Assembly (NCBI GenBank): GCA_050575255.1
Contig: JBNZDD010013702.1
Coordinates: forward strand, 2,106,353-2,170,352
Source of the DNA: Harriotta raleighana
Taxonomy: Eukaryota
Reading direction: 5' to 3'
Length of the DNA: 64,000 bases
Part shown: positions 1 through 12,154 of the stretch, in pieces
How the letters are laid out: each line of letters starts with the position of its first letter
Numbering within the stretch: the first letter of the stretch is position 1
Position numbers and translations under genes: made by a program
Notes under the pieces: model-generated
What the model was told of the DNA's origin: nothing
Seen by the model: the letters and a program-made list of their open reading frames with translations, nothing else
Databases searched by the model: none

Positions 1-1417
1 ATGAAGTGGAAGTCCTGAAAAGATACACTCAGCAAATGGCCACGAAGCAGTGAACAGACCAAACGACCACGTTCCATTCCTTTCCACGCAGAGGAAGAAT
101 CACCACCCAGAGAGGTAAATTAGAGAGGGAATTGGGGAGTTTTTTGGAATGGAATGAAAGAGAGAGAGAAAGAGAGAGCTCAATAGAATTTCACTGAAAA
201 ATTACTCTTGGACAAGGTGCCTTTCAGGTCGTGAATAATTCAGAGGTTACTCTATCATCATGTGCAACAGATAAAGACAAGCAACAGAAAAATAGACTGG
301 ACCACTCTTGCTTAACTTCTAGAAAAGGGCTATTTAGGTTCACACCAATATTGGGAGAGAGACAAGTTTAATTAGTCTTTCAATCAGTCATTCGCCCATG
401 AAATATACAGTCAGCAACTACAACTTGCATTTATATAGCGCCCACTCATGCAGGCTAGCGTCCCAAAGCACTTGACAGCGGCGGAGGTTGGTAACGAGCT
501 GTTGGGGGTGGGGGGTGTGGGCGGGGCAATGGAGGTGCAAGGTCACTATAACAACTGACACAAATGAACAGGAAAGTCTTCAGATGGGGAAGGAAGAGGC
601 AAGGAGGAATGGATAGAGGAAGAGTGTTCCTGAGACAGTATATTCTGTGAAGCGCTTTGAGACGCCTTGAAAATGTGATAAAATGCTATATCAAATGCAA
701 GGATTATTATTCTTATAGTCTGTGTTGAAGGTTGCACTGTTCTGTGTTCTGTAAATTGCTGTACTGTGTGATGAGCAGGGCTCGGATTCGTTTGCCTGGA
801 GAGAAGACAAAAGGTGCTGATTTCCACACTTACGACTGATCCTCTATGAATCATCACATTTGATTTGAAGTCATGTTTGAATGAAATAATTCACCAAAGG
901 TAATTTTTTTTTCACCATCTCAGAAGAATTTTGGATGAAAGCTGCTTGTTTAAATGTAATAGCACAGAGAGATCTAGAATAGATGCTAATGCAAAAAAGA
1001 TCTTCACTGTGTGAAGTTGCTGGAGACCTGGCATACCCACCACACAAGGGAACTCCTATGGAGAACGAAATCACTGAAAAGTACCATACAGATCTAGCGT
1101 TCAACCCGATAAAACTGTCAGTTACATCGATGGGAGTTTAGTAGATGGAGTAAGAAAATGCTGCTGTATGTGAACAGAAAGGTTAGTCAGTTAGCAGAAA
1201 AAAGAAAAATGATATTTTAAAAAATAAAATGATAATGGCAACCACAAACTGAACAAGAAAACCACAATCTAAACGTTAAAAACTGAATTCAAATCAAAAC
1301 TAATTCAAATTGCAATCCTGGAACATGACCAACAACACATCACATGGGGCTCCCACTATAGAGGTCAGTGGAGCTAACTCCAGTGGCTTTATACACACAG
1401 GTGACAAATGGTTTTAC

Positions 1418-1612
1418 CTTATTTTTCTTGATGAAAGGCCAGAGCTTGCCCTTGGATTTGCCAGTCCTGGCTTCCTGTTTGCTGTCTGTCCTGCTATTGG
1501 AGAGGCTGGTTTCAGAAACCGTGCGCTTCATTGGCTGACTGAAGTCTTCAAAATCCAAGTCTCCCGGGCATTCAAAGCCAGACTTGAAGGTTTCAACCAC
1601 CGACTGCGCATC
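1418..1612 (-). CDS. FNBP1: FNBP1 coding exon 9 equivalent (end of F-BAR and basic linker)
   Basis: gtgatttcag|GAT GCG CAG...AAT AAG|gtaaaa; 195 nt; [65 protein letters not shown], ending in the FNBP1 motif [15 protein letters not shown]. Confidence 0.97.
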
Positions 1613-2318
1613 CTGAAATCACACAGAAAGTCCATTCTACGAACCGGTTTGCATTTGGCCACAATAACATAACCAAGACAGCACATTTTACTGCAATGAG
1701 GAAACCTCCACCCAACCAGGAAGGGCAGCCAAAGGAAGGGTTTCACCCCCAGCACTCAAAACTCACCTCAGGCAGAACAATGTTCCAACAATGAAAGGCC
1801 CAGAGGTCAGGTTCTGTCAGGGGCTCAGTCGTTAAATACACTTATCAAATGGAGAAGCCACCAATACAGACCTGGGAGGCTGAACCAGATGACACTGTCT
1901 CAACTGTTCTTGGTAAAATTACTCTTAGCATATGAGGACCCAACTCCACATCCTGGGTTCTAGCCTGCACCAAGGTATTAAGGTATATGGGGCAAGGGTG
2001 GCAAACTGGAGGTTTAGAAGATCAGCCATGGTGAACAGGCTCGAGGGCTGTATTGCCTACTCCTGTTTCTATGTTTCTACAAACGATAACAAAAAGACCA
2101 ACTAGAGACAACTTCAGCTGTGTCCCACTGTACCAAGGAATGACTAAGTCAAACAGCACAAAGCAGTGATTTAGAGGCACATGCATTTGGGACTGAAAGA
2201 GGCCACCTGCAGGAGTTCTGATGACAGCGATGCCTCAGTAAGCCAAACAGCTATAAAGGACAAGCAGGCTATCACTTATAGAATTGTAACCCTGACAAAC
2301 CAATTCATTCTCGAACAG

Positions 2319-2629
2319 AATAATAACAATCCTTGCATTTGATATAGCGCTTTTCATGACTTCTAGACATCTCAAAGCGCTTCACAGAATAAAGCGTGTT
2401 GACTGTATAATTGTGGACAAAACACGGCAGCCAATTGCACACAGCAGTGTCCCACAAACAGTCGTGGATTGAAATGACCAATTTTATTATTGTGTTTTTT
2501 TTGGAGGGATTATTATTAGGCATGTTGAGTAAGTAAACTTGCCCATGGTTTCGCCCTGACCTGCCTGCATTCGAACACAGTTCTCTTGCTTGTAAGGCAA
2601 GTGCTCTAACCACTGAGCTGCAGAACTCC
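2319..2629 (-). mobile_element. Full-length tRNA-derived SINE (short DeuSINE-type family)
   Basis: Reverse complement of the 59331-59650 element: A-box-like AGCTCAGTGGTTAGAGC, B-box-like GTTCGAAT, Deu-like core and (ATT)n tail. Confidence 0.88.
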
Positions 2630-3269
2630 ACAGAAGTTAGTCATCAGTGTGAGGACAAAGCTTCCCGGCACCAGTTATACATTTACTCAATAGCAAGAGA
2701 TCTGATTGAGATAGTGCTGCTGTTAAAGAGAGATTTGCAACTGAGCCACAGTAAATGCTGTCATTTTTAACAGGCTTGACCTGTTAAGCCTGTCCTGACT
2801 GTTCAGTGCCTTGGGACGTCCACCCGACCTGAAAGGCACTCTATAAATTTAATTTTGTTGTTTTTATCTTAGAAAAGATTGTGAGAAAACAGCGTGCAGC
2901 ATGTTTGTGTTGCTGTCCCCAGGTCTATTCCTATCTTCTTTAGAGGGTTGGATGAGAGCTTGGGTGAGGGGAGGGGTGGGGGAGAGATAAAAAAAGACCT
3001 GAGGTTCAAGTCTGTTAGAAATCAGCAATACAATCGTGCTGTACACTATTTATTTTCTGGAGTAACAAATGAGCAGTCTCTTGGTTACCCATGAAGGTGT
3101 TGTTGCAGTGCTGACACTCTGTCACCAGAGACCACTAGAACATTTACAAGCAGCAGCTTAATGCACTACATTGATAGTTCATCTTGCAGCTGACACTATA
3201 TATGGGCACTATATATGGATTGAAACATAGTAATCATCAGTCACAATGACCTTCTACCAATGTCCAAAA

Positions 3270-3750
3270 CAGGGACAGCCATTTTGCCTCCCGTGTCACT
3301 ATTTCATGCCCCTTTCCTGAGCCAAGTGGGTGCACAGTACTCAAGGGCACAGTTGATGCCAGCCCAATCCTGCCTGACTGTTGGCAGCATGAGGAGAAGC
3401 AGAGTAGTCACTGGAGGCAGGGATTCTTCCCACTCCCACTCTCGTTCATCCAACACATCAGCCTTAGCAGGTAGGGTTGGACAAGAAGTGGGAGAGCTGG
3501 CAAGACAGTGCTTTCAATGGGATGTTATAGCTGTTTAAATTCCAGCAGTTACCCTAATGCACACTGTGAAGTCCTCAAGCTTTGGTTCTTGACAACCCGC
3601 AAATAATACTCTGCAGAATTAGGTAAGTGGACAGAGGGAAACATGCTCCAGGCACAGGACAATTTCTGTGTGCAGAAACATATGTGGAACTATTCTGTTT
3701 TGGATACTCACACGTATGATGGTCAGACACCCGGCCAACCAAAAGACCAT
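3270..3750 (+). repeat. Old unclassified interspersed repeat, copy 1
   Basis: Collinear blocks (ggattcttcccact; ccagcagttaccctaat; tcagacacccggcc) shared with the reverse complements of 24340-24960 and 28410-29090. Confidence 0.6.
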
Positions 3751-4384
3751 CTTATTTTAACAATAGGCCCCTGAATGAGCATGCTCCAAAAAAAACCAAT
3801 TGATCATGGCCAATTTTAGTCAAATAATGGGTGTTTTTGTGAGTGTTTTTTTTTGCCTTCTCGGGATCACGTCTCACAATTGTCAATTTAACAACAGCTG
3901 CAGTCACAAATGATCAGCACTTTTGCATTTTGTACAATGTTGGTAAATTGCTAAATGGAAACAGTCATTAGCATGTAATAATCCCTCTTCTGTGTTGCAA
4001 CAACTGCGATTCTGCTCACTGGAGTCAAGTGCCGCCACGCACCGACAGGGTACACGGCTTTAACAGGGAGACATTTTAAAGGGAAATTGTTCAATCAACA
4101 GCCAAGAGCGATCCCGCTTAACACGCTGTTTGCTCGCTCACCCCGATGTAGGTTTGGACTTATTTTCCTTCCACTGGTGGTACAATTCCACAACAGGTGG
4201 CCTATCTTAGCTCAGTATATCTATTCTTAGACTTCAACAACAACTTGCAGGCTAGTATCCCAGAGCACTTAACTATTCTTAGCCTTAGGGTATCTGGAGG
4301 GTACTGAAGGGGAGGAGGGGATGAGAGAATAAGAAATCGGGGCTATCATACTCTCACTCAATATTCACATACCTTATATCTTCT

Positions 4385-4658
4385 TCTATACTAATAAAGA
4401 TAAAATGTCTGTGTGTCTGTATGTCCGCCAATAACTGATTGACGTAGAGACATGATTTATGCCTCAATAGAATAGGCTTGGGGGAATGTTATATCAGCTA
4501 TGACCTAAACAAGCTCATCATGCATATATGGCAGTTTTGCTCAAGGTGTACACACATTGTTTGTGGCATGCTAGATGGTTTCTGAGTTAGTATCATTGAA
4601 ATCTACATTCTATATTGGATCCCTCAGTTGCAAGCACAACTGCAATGGGTACAGCTAA
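4385..4658 (+). mobile_element. Probable non-autonomous Helitron
   Basis: 5' TCTATACTAATAAAG followed by a TGTCTGTGTGTCTGT microsatellite-like tract; subterminal hairpin CAGTTG-caagca-CAACTG; 3' end GGGTACAGCTAA (CTRR) followed by T; no TIR or TSD. Confidence 0.6.
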
Positions 4659-5629
4659 TATAACATAATGATAATATAATGATAATAATCCTTGCATTTG
4701 ATATAGGCTGCCGTGTTCTGCCAAAAAATATAGTCAACTCAGGTTACAGTTCTGAGAAGCGCTTTGAGATGTCTCGAAGATAAGAATAATAATGCTTTCA
4801 TTTGATACATCGTCTTACGTGTTGTTGAGAGCAAAGAGATGAGCACAAAGCAAATTTAATAATAGAAACGGAAGTTCCCTAAGAAACAGTCTGCGACCAC
4901 AAGTATTGGCTGATCTGTTTAAAGTTAATGAACCAACAAAGAATGCAAAAGAGTTTCAAAGAGTTTTAAAACAGCCCAATATTTTGGTGGTGTTACACTT
5001 TCACCCATTTGCCACAAGGATCAACTGAACTCATACCTTTTCCATTATAGAATGTTAAGTTTCGGTAAGGCAACCAATCTATGAACTGAGGAAACACATC
5101 AAGTGTTGCTAACGGATAGGAAGGGCTTTCTTTAGCTGATGCAATATCTTGCACAGTGCAGCTAGCAGCAACGCCAAGACAATGGAGCTGAGAAACATAA
5201 AAGTTGAAGTCATGCACCAAGTGCAGTACATTACAGGCCAGTGAGGACAAATGCCTCCAGTTTCTATTTACCTGAACATGATATTCTGGTTTACAGAGAT
5301 GGGTCTGCAAGATTACAGGTTCACAGGCACCCCCCACCCAAAAAAAGTACACGGATGATTAGTTGCTCACAACTTGAAATAAGAAAAAAGAATTTGTGTG
5401 GCCTACATTTTACACCAATTCAAAACAAATCAATAGCAGGGTATAATCTGAATTAACTGCTACTTTTAAGAGGCTCCATCAGGAATTAGTGGAAGCTGGA
5501 CGGTTGCTTTTAGACAGCTTAAGTTTTAGGCACAGTCAGGTTGTCAGGTCAATATTGAAATCCTAACCTGTAAGCCCAACAACCACGGCAAACTGTCAAC
5601 CCCGTGGTAAAGACTGAAGACTTGCTTAC

Positions 5630-5776
5630 TTGTTTCTGATCAATCGACTCAGCCGCTGTTGTGATACCATCGAGACATTTGCCAATGATGGGAAGGACCT
5701 GGCGCTCAACCTCTGAAAAGGTCTTCATTGATTCACCAATTCTGATAATTCGTCTCTCATCCATATCTTGAATTTT
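5630..5776 (-). CDS. FNBP1: FNBP1 coding exon 8 equivalent
   Basis: ctgattttcag|AAA ATT CAA...AAA CAA|gtaag; 147 nt; [49 protein letters not shown]. Confidence 0.97.
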
Positions 5777-6487
5777 CTGAAAATCAGAACTTTTACTGGT
5801 GAGCACGTTTCCAGTGAATTAATAACAACAAATTGCATTTGTATAGGTCCTTTCATGTCAGGAGAACGTCCCAACGCGCAGGTCACATTGACCACTGTGC
5901 TTTAGGATAAAGGGGAACACAGTTGGCAGAGATACTGCTCCAAAAACTATCTGGTACCAGGAAGCAATGGTTTCAGGAGTGCTGTGATACACACCCAGTT
6001 TTAAGTGCAGCTGAATCCCACTTGCTCCTCCCTGCCCCATTCTAAGCTCTCACAAACTTCAATTGTGGGGATTTCATGCCATTATCTCCCTCCTTTCTCT
6101 TTCCACGGACTGAACCCAACTCAAGTTCAGGAAATTCGCAATTGAGCTGTAACAGGTCAGCTTCACTGGGGTGGCATGACAATCAAACTGATCCCGAGCT
6201 GCCCAACCCATGGGCAAGTCTTTGCAGGACCAGTCACACATGAGTATCCACATGCTTGGCAACTGAACATGGAAATTTGGACGGAAAGGGAGAGGTCAAG
6301 AGATTGTCTTAAGGCGGGTTTTGAAGGCAAAGTGGCTAAGGGTTACGGCAGAGGAACCTGGGGCTAAGGGGATCGTGGCAGAGGAAGGGGGGAGGAGGTC
6401 AAGGCAGAGGTATTTTGTTTAGTTCTGATGTGTAAAACGACTGTTTGTTCATTTTAAAGACTGAAAACTAAGTCGATTTCAACTGAC

Positions 6488-6616
6488 CTGGAAGATGGCA
6501 GGTATTTTTGTGTAGTAATGTTCCTGCTGCTCCTTGTTGAAGTGCTGTAACTTGCTGGCGTAATCGCTCTTACTGTCAGACGCCATCTGGTGCCGACCCT
6601 GGGCTTGCTGCCGAGC
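6488..6616 (-). CDS. FNBP1: FNBP1 coding exon 7 equivalent
   Basis: ttgttcccag|GCT CGG CAG...TTC CAG|gtcagt; 129 nt; [43 protein letters not shown]. Confidence 0.96.
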
Positions 6617-6889
6617 CTGGGAACAATCGTCATAAACACAAATTAATGTTGATTGGTATAAGATTGAAGTAGAAAAATCACCGTGCTGTTTGTTCAGGTG
6701 GGTGTTAAAGACCTCGTGAAACAAATGGAAAAAAAGGGGGAGTTTTTCAGTGTTATGGCCAACAATCCTCCAGATAAAATTGGCTGTTCACTTCTGGCTG
6801 TTTGTTGGTCATTATTACTATGGGCAAATTGAATGCTGTGTTCATCCATAAATACAATCACTGAACTGTTAAAAAACCATACAGGATAT

Positions 6890-7590
6890 AAGGCTTTATA
6901 AATAGGGGCATAGAGTATAAAAGTCAGGAAGTTATGATTAACCTGAATAAAACGCTGGTTAGGCCTCAGCTAGAATACTGTGTTCAGTTCTGGGCACCAC
7001 ACTTTAGGAAAGTTGTTAAGGCATTGGAAAGGGTGCAGATTTACCAGGATGGTACAAGGAATGGGGGACTTCAGTTATGAGGAAAGGCTGGAGAAGCTAG
7101 AATTATTCTCATTGGAGCAGATAAGGTTACGAGGAGACCTAATAGAGGTTTTCAAGATCATGAGGAGATTTGATAGGATAAAAAGGGAAAAACTGTTTCC
7201 ACTGGTGGATGTGTCAGTGACTCGAGGTCACAGATGTAAAATAGTTTTTAAAAGAAGCAGAGGGGAGGGGAGGATAAATTGTTTCACGCAGCAAGTTGTT
7301 CGAATCTGGAATGCATTGCCTGAAAGGGTGGTGGAGACCAATTCAATAATAACTTTTAATAACATAAGAACAAGGAGTAGGCCATTCGGTACCTCGAGCC
7401 TGCCCCTCCAATCAATAATATCATGACTGATCTTCTAACTCCACCTGCCCGCCTTACTCTATATCCCTCAATCTCTTTAAAAGAGAGATGGATGGTTATT
7501 TGGGGAGGATGGGGTTACAGGGAGAGAGCCAGGGAGTGTGATTGACTTTGAAATAGCTCTTTTCAAAGAGTCGAGACAAAAAGGAGAGAA
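6890..7590 (+). mobile_element. CR1 LINE 3' fragment (degenerate C-terminal ORF2)
   Basis: Encodes KTLVRPQLEYCVQFWAPHFRK and SYEERLEKLELFSLEQIRLRGDLIEVFKIM...VRIWNALPERVVE, typical CR1 ORF2 C-terminal motifs, with frameshifts. Confidence 0.92.
7360..7475 (-). mobile_element. Short CR1 3'-tail fragment nested in the CR1 fragment
   Basis: aacataagaacaaggagtaggccattcgg...cctcgagcctg is an inverted CR1 3' tail; it is flanked by TTTAA at 7355-7359 and 7476-7480 and interrupts the host ORF2 remnant. Confidence 0.7.
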
Positions 7591-9327
7591 CGGGTGAAGC
7601 ACACCAAAATGAAAGGATAATATTAATAATAATCCTTGCATTTGATATAGCACTTTTCATGTCTTCTAGCTGTCTGAAAGCGCTTCACAGAATATACTGT
7701 AAAGTGAATTGACTGTATACTTGTGAGCAAAGAGCGGCATTATCCTGTAAAATGAATTGACAGTAAGGAGAAGAATAAAATGGTATAAATAATATGGCGT
7801 ATCTGCTAATAGATCACAGGTAAACAAGAACTCAGGGAAACATTCAACAGCAATCAAATTGCATATCTATAGCTCCTTTTATGTTGGGAGGACATCCCAA
7901 CCACTGGGCAATGAGGGATTTGCACTCGATCTGGAGGTTGGAATCAGATGGATGGAGAGCATGGGGATGCAGGAGAGAAAAGTGTCAAAAAGGAACATCT
8001 AGTGATGGGCCTTGAAGGAAGCAAGGGAGGAGGTGAGATGGAGGCGTTCCAGAGAGAGTGTGGGGGTGGAGGGAGGCAGGAAGGTTGAAGGCATTTAAAG
8101 TTCAACAGGGATGGAAACAATAAACCAGAATAAATGACCCTGTAAGAAGTGTAATGGCATTTTAATATTAAAGGATTGAATTTAGAAAACTTAATTAAGA
8201 AAGTTATTTCATGGCCTGAAATGTGAAAAGTATTCAAACATGGGAAAGTAAATGGGGGATTACACATCCAAGATAAAGAGAGAAGCTCACGATCAATTAA
8301 AATGTCCTTTCATCTTCATCAGTTAATTTATTGAATATTTTTGCTTAAATAGCAACCACTGCTTCTACTGACATGATCACAGGGTATTACAAGACACAGC
8401 AAGGAACTAACTGATTGAGCCTGGCTGCACATGTGGTGTGAATGAACCCACCACTGAAATGACAAGCACTGAATGTATCCACCGATCAGCAAGCAGGCAT
8501 GAGTGAAGCCTGAATATTTTAGAAGCTGCAAAGGATTTTCAGTTAATGATTTTGCTTGCCAATAAATGTGTAAAGGTGCACGCAGCCATTTTGCTTTGAA
8601 ATTGGCGATTCATACTGTGAGATTTATTGAAGGAATGCCAATGCAGACCGGGTTCCTTCCATCAGATTTGATTATCATAAAGGTTATTTGCTTTATGTCA
8701 GAAGCCAGTAATATGCATATACCAACACTGACGTGTCTGCCTGGGCTGATGGAATGTGACACACACACAGTGTGAAATGCATGGTTTGCCATGATACCAT
8801 TTCCCACAGATACACTATGAATCCTGCGGTTCAGGATCTGCTCATCTCAGCTGGAAATCAGGACAAACACTGACAGAGACCGAACACGAGAAACTCTGAA
8901 CTCTAGTGGACAAGCCTTCCCAGGGTCTTTCATTGTACATGGCACTCAGAGATCACTGTACAAGGTATAACCACATCACCAGCCTGGCTTTCCCATTGTG
9001 GAATGCCTTTGGCAAGCTTTTCCTATCAATTACTTGCAGAAAATAGAGAGCCCAATATCATTTAATTTACCCTCAAGTACAGCATCTGCAACCTGCCAAT
9101 AGGTGGACCTGCAAATAAAACCCAATTAAGGAAGAAAGTTCTTTGGTTTGATGTTTAAGTATGAAGGCTGGGATTCCTCTAACAGCTCAGTGGGTAAATA
9201 TTCAATTTACACAGACTCTGTACTGGAATGCCAATTTCAGGACAGCAGTAAGAGTAGGACAACTGGCCCCAGCCCCTATATCGCTACATCAAATGCAAGG
9301 ATTATTATTACTATTTTCAATATTATT

Positions 9328-9615
9328 ATAATAATCCTTGTATTTAATATAGTGCCTCATCACGTCTTCTAGAAGTCTCAAAGCGCTTCACAGAAAATAC
9401 TGGAAAGTGAATTGACTGTATATTTGTGGGCGAAATGCACAGCAGTGTCCCACAAACATTTGTGGATTGAAATAACCAACTTATTATAGTTTTTTTGAGG
9501 GATTATTATTAGGCGTGTGGAGTAAGGAAACCTGCCCAAGGTTTCACCCCGGCTGGATATGAACACAGGTCTCACGCTTGTGGCAAGTGGTCTAACCACT
9601 GCGTTACAGGACTCC
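9328..9615 (-). mobile_element. tRNA-derived SINE, near full length
   Basis: Same head, core and tail as the 59331 copy, with small deletions. Confidence 0.85.
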
Positions 9616-11094
9616 ACAATTATTTACTATAAATGCAAAGTTCATATTTGGTCTGTCCTGAATGTAAAACCAATAATATCAGCAGCACCTTTATGCCTTG
9701 CACTCTCCACAACAGCCACTTTGCACAAAGTCTATACCGACATTTTGCCAAATTGCTTCAACAGAACAGGAAGCAGATGAAATGAGCCAACCTATCCCAA
9801 TGTCACTGGCTTGGAATCCTCAGATTCTGACTCAAGATATATATTTCTATGAATCACCATATTCCACAATCACTTCAATCAGCAGCACCTTATAAGGAAC
9901 AGATTTTGTGAAGACATCAATCAGTTTGAGAGAGATGGGCAATTTTGGTGCATATTTGTGACTGAACATTATACTAAAGAATTTCTGTGTTGCTGGTCTC
10001 CCTCTTCAGAATTTTGAGATGCAAAAAAATCTCCACCCGGCTAACAAACTGCCCTTTGAAGTGTCCGCTATGATTTCATTTCCTCTTCGATCAGAATGAA
10101 GGAATGAGAAGAGACCACTGAGCTTGTGCAGCTCATATTTCAGGACTCACACAGACCATTTTTCATTCAGTTTCCTCTTGAATACTCTGACAGAACCTGT
10201 GATTATTGCATTTGATTGCAATCCATCAATGGGACAGGCACCAACATGAGACGTTTTAATTTTTTTATTAAAAAAGCTCAGATTTTGTCTTACTAGGTTT
10301 ACAAACAATATCTAAGTAAACTCTGCCTCTGTGTAATTTCCTTTATTTCCTTATTGCAGTTGTAGGTCAGTGAAGGAACCCTGGAATGTGCATTAGAGGG
10401 TCATCTTAGACTACGGAACTTGAACCCGCAGCTTTCTAACTTAAGAGGCGAAAGCCAGGCTGACACACAGAATGAATTGACTTCTTATTGTTATATCAGT
10501 TCTCTTCATTTCACAGATATGTTGATACTGATTGTTGTACTTTTTGTATAATTTGCATAAATAAAAGCATTCAGGTAAAACAAAAATATTTCAATACTTC
10601 AAAAAAATCACGATTGATGTGAAAGACTTTGGGTGGAATTCTCTTTGCCTTCGTGGTCAATTGGGGGAGTCCCACACTGCGTCTCGAAAACATCTACTTT
10701 TTCCATTTTGGAACTGCAACAAGTCACATCCTCTGGCTTTGAAGAATAGCAAAATATTTGAACCACATTCGAGTTTCTTTCTCCAAATTACTCGAATGTC
10801 AGTTGAAGAGACAAACAGCTCCATAACTCACTCTGCAGATGATGTTAGAGAAGGTTGCAAAGCCATTCACAGAGCACAATAATTCTGTTCAAACAAGAGG
10901 CTCAACCATCATTCCACACCCACTTAAACTTCCAACAGCAAGGAATGATCAGGAACATCAATATCTTTATTGATTTTTGTTCAAACATCATCCATACTCC
11001 TGTGGGAANAACATCAATATCTTTATTGATTTTTGTTCAAACATCATCCATACTCCTGTGCACAGTCTCTGGATGGCAGGTGAGGACTGCCATC

Positions 11095-11270
11095 CAGTGA
11101 GGATAAAAGTGAGAGGGACAGCACGCGAGAAGAGTAGAAAGACAGCGTGCAAGAGTTGCAATGCGTGAGAGAGAGAGAGCGACAGCACGGGAATGAGCTT
11201 GGGAGAGCACAAGAGATAGTGAGCGCGAGAGAAAAAGAGACAGCACAAGAGTGAGCATGCAAGCAAGCAA
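11095..11270. repeat. Degenerate GA-rich simple repeat
   Basis: Recurring gagagacagcac(g/a)-like units and (GA)n runs. Confidence 0.6.
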
Positions 11271-11760
11271 GGTTGTTTGCCTACAAATAAACAGTCACTA
11301 CACTATACAGCACAATCACATGGTTTGCTTTATGGCAGCCTTGGTTAGTTAGTGTATCAAATGCAAGGATTCTTTATTAATAATTTATTCATCGTTACAT
11401 TTGGTACAGTATCTTTCATGTCAGCAGGACATCTCAAGGGGAGACAGAGCCTTGGGTCGCAGAGGAATAAATCGGAGGAACAGGCTCATTGTGCTGAATG
11501 GCCTCCACCTGTTCCTGTGTGATCAGCAATCCATTTCTGTGAGGTTAATACTCTAACAGCTGGTTCTGCTGTGAGACACCACAATTCACAAGCTTTCAAA
11601 CCCTTTTACATTCCCACCGATTGCTGAAGGACTTGTAGCAAAATGGCATTCTTCACCTCTGCAAATATATGATGGTGTTGGCTCCACAGATATGAACGGA
11701 ACTATAAACATATTTACTGATTCACTTTGTCACTGTTTAACAATGAATTCGATTTTGTAG

Positions 11761-11792
<32 letters not shown>

Positions 11793-11797
11793 CACAC
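11761..11797. repeat. (CT)n(CA)n compound microsatellite
   Basis: ctctctctctcacacacacacgcacacacacacacac read directly. Confidence 0.9.
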
Positions 11798-12154
11798 GCT
11801 AGCCCTCAGAGGGTTAAATATGATAAACATGATAAGGAAGTGTAAAAGAACCATGTGCAGGTTCAATGATCCTTTGCGCACAAGCAGACAAAAGGACATG
11901 ACTCCAAGCTAATTCTACATCCCTCCCGAGTGCAGTCACATGGAGCTTACCACAAGAAGAAAGGGCATTATTCAGGGCACAGCAAGGATGAGACACTCCA
12001 GACATGTGCATTGATCAAACACTGTCCTCAGTGTTTTGCAACGTTGTTGCACATTCCATGCATTTTAATAACTCTTTCACTGCTCACTCAATGCACCCAC
12101 ATACACACACACACACACAGAAGCATAAAGGTACAGACTGGCACATATGATTAC

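Noticed and set aside
1-30. Possible acceptor (ttttcag|GAC TTC CAC TTC) for the next FNBP1 exon
   Set aside because: Only 14 nt are visible and DFHF does not match the downstream FNBP1 exons I recall, so it cannot be supported.
2767-2793. Overlapping 8-bp inverted repeats before an L2 tail
   Set aside because: Too short to separate from chance or a repair scar at a truncation junction.
6980-7426. 148-aa ORF as a host gene
   Set aside because: It is a frameshifted CR1 ORF2 remnant fused to a nested insertion.
10954-11060. 51-bp tandem duplication
   Set aside because: The copies are separated by a single N at 11009, the same contig-overlap pattern seen elsewhere; the duplicate around 53402 is treated likewise.
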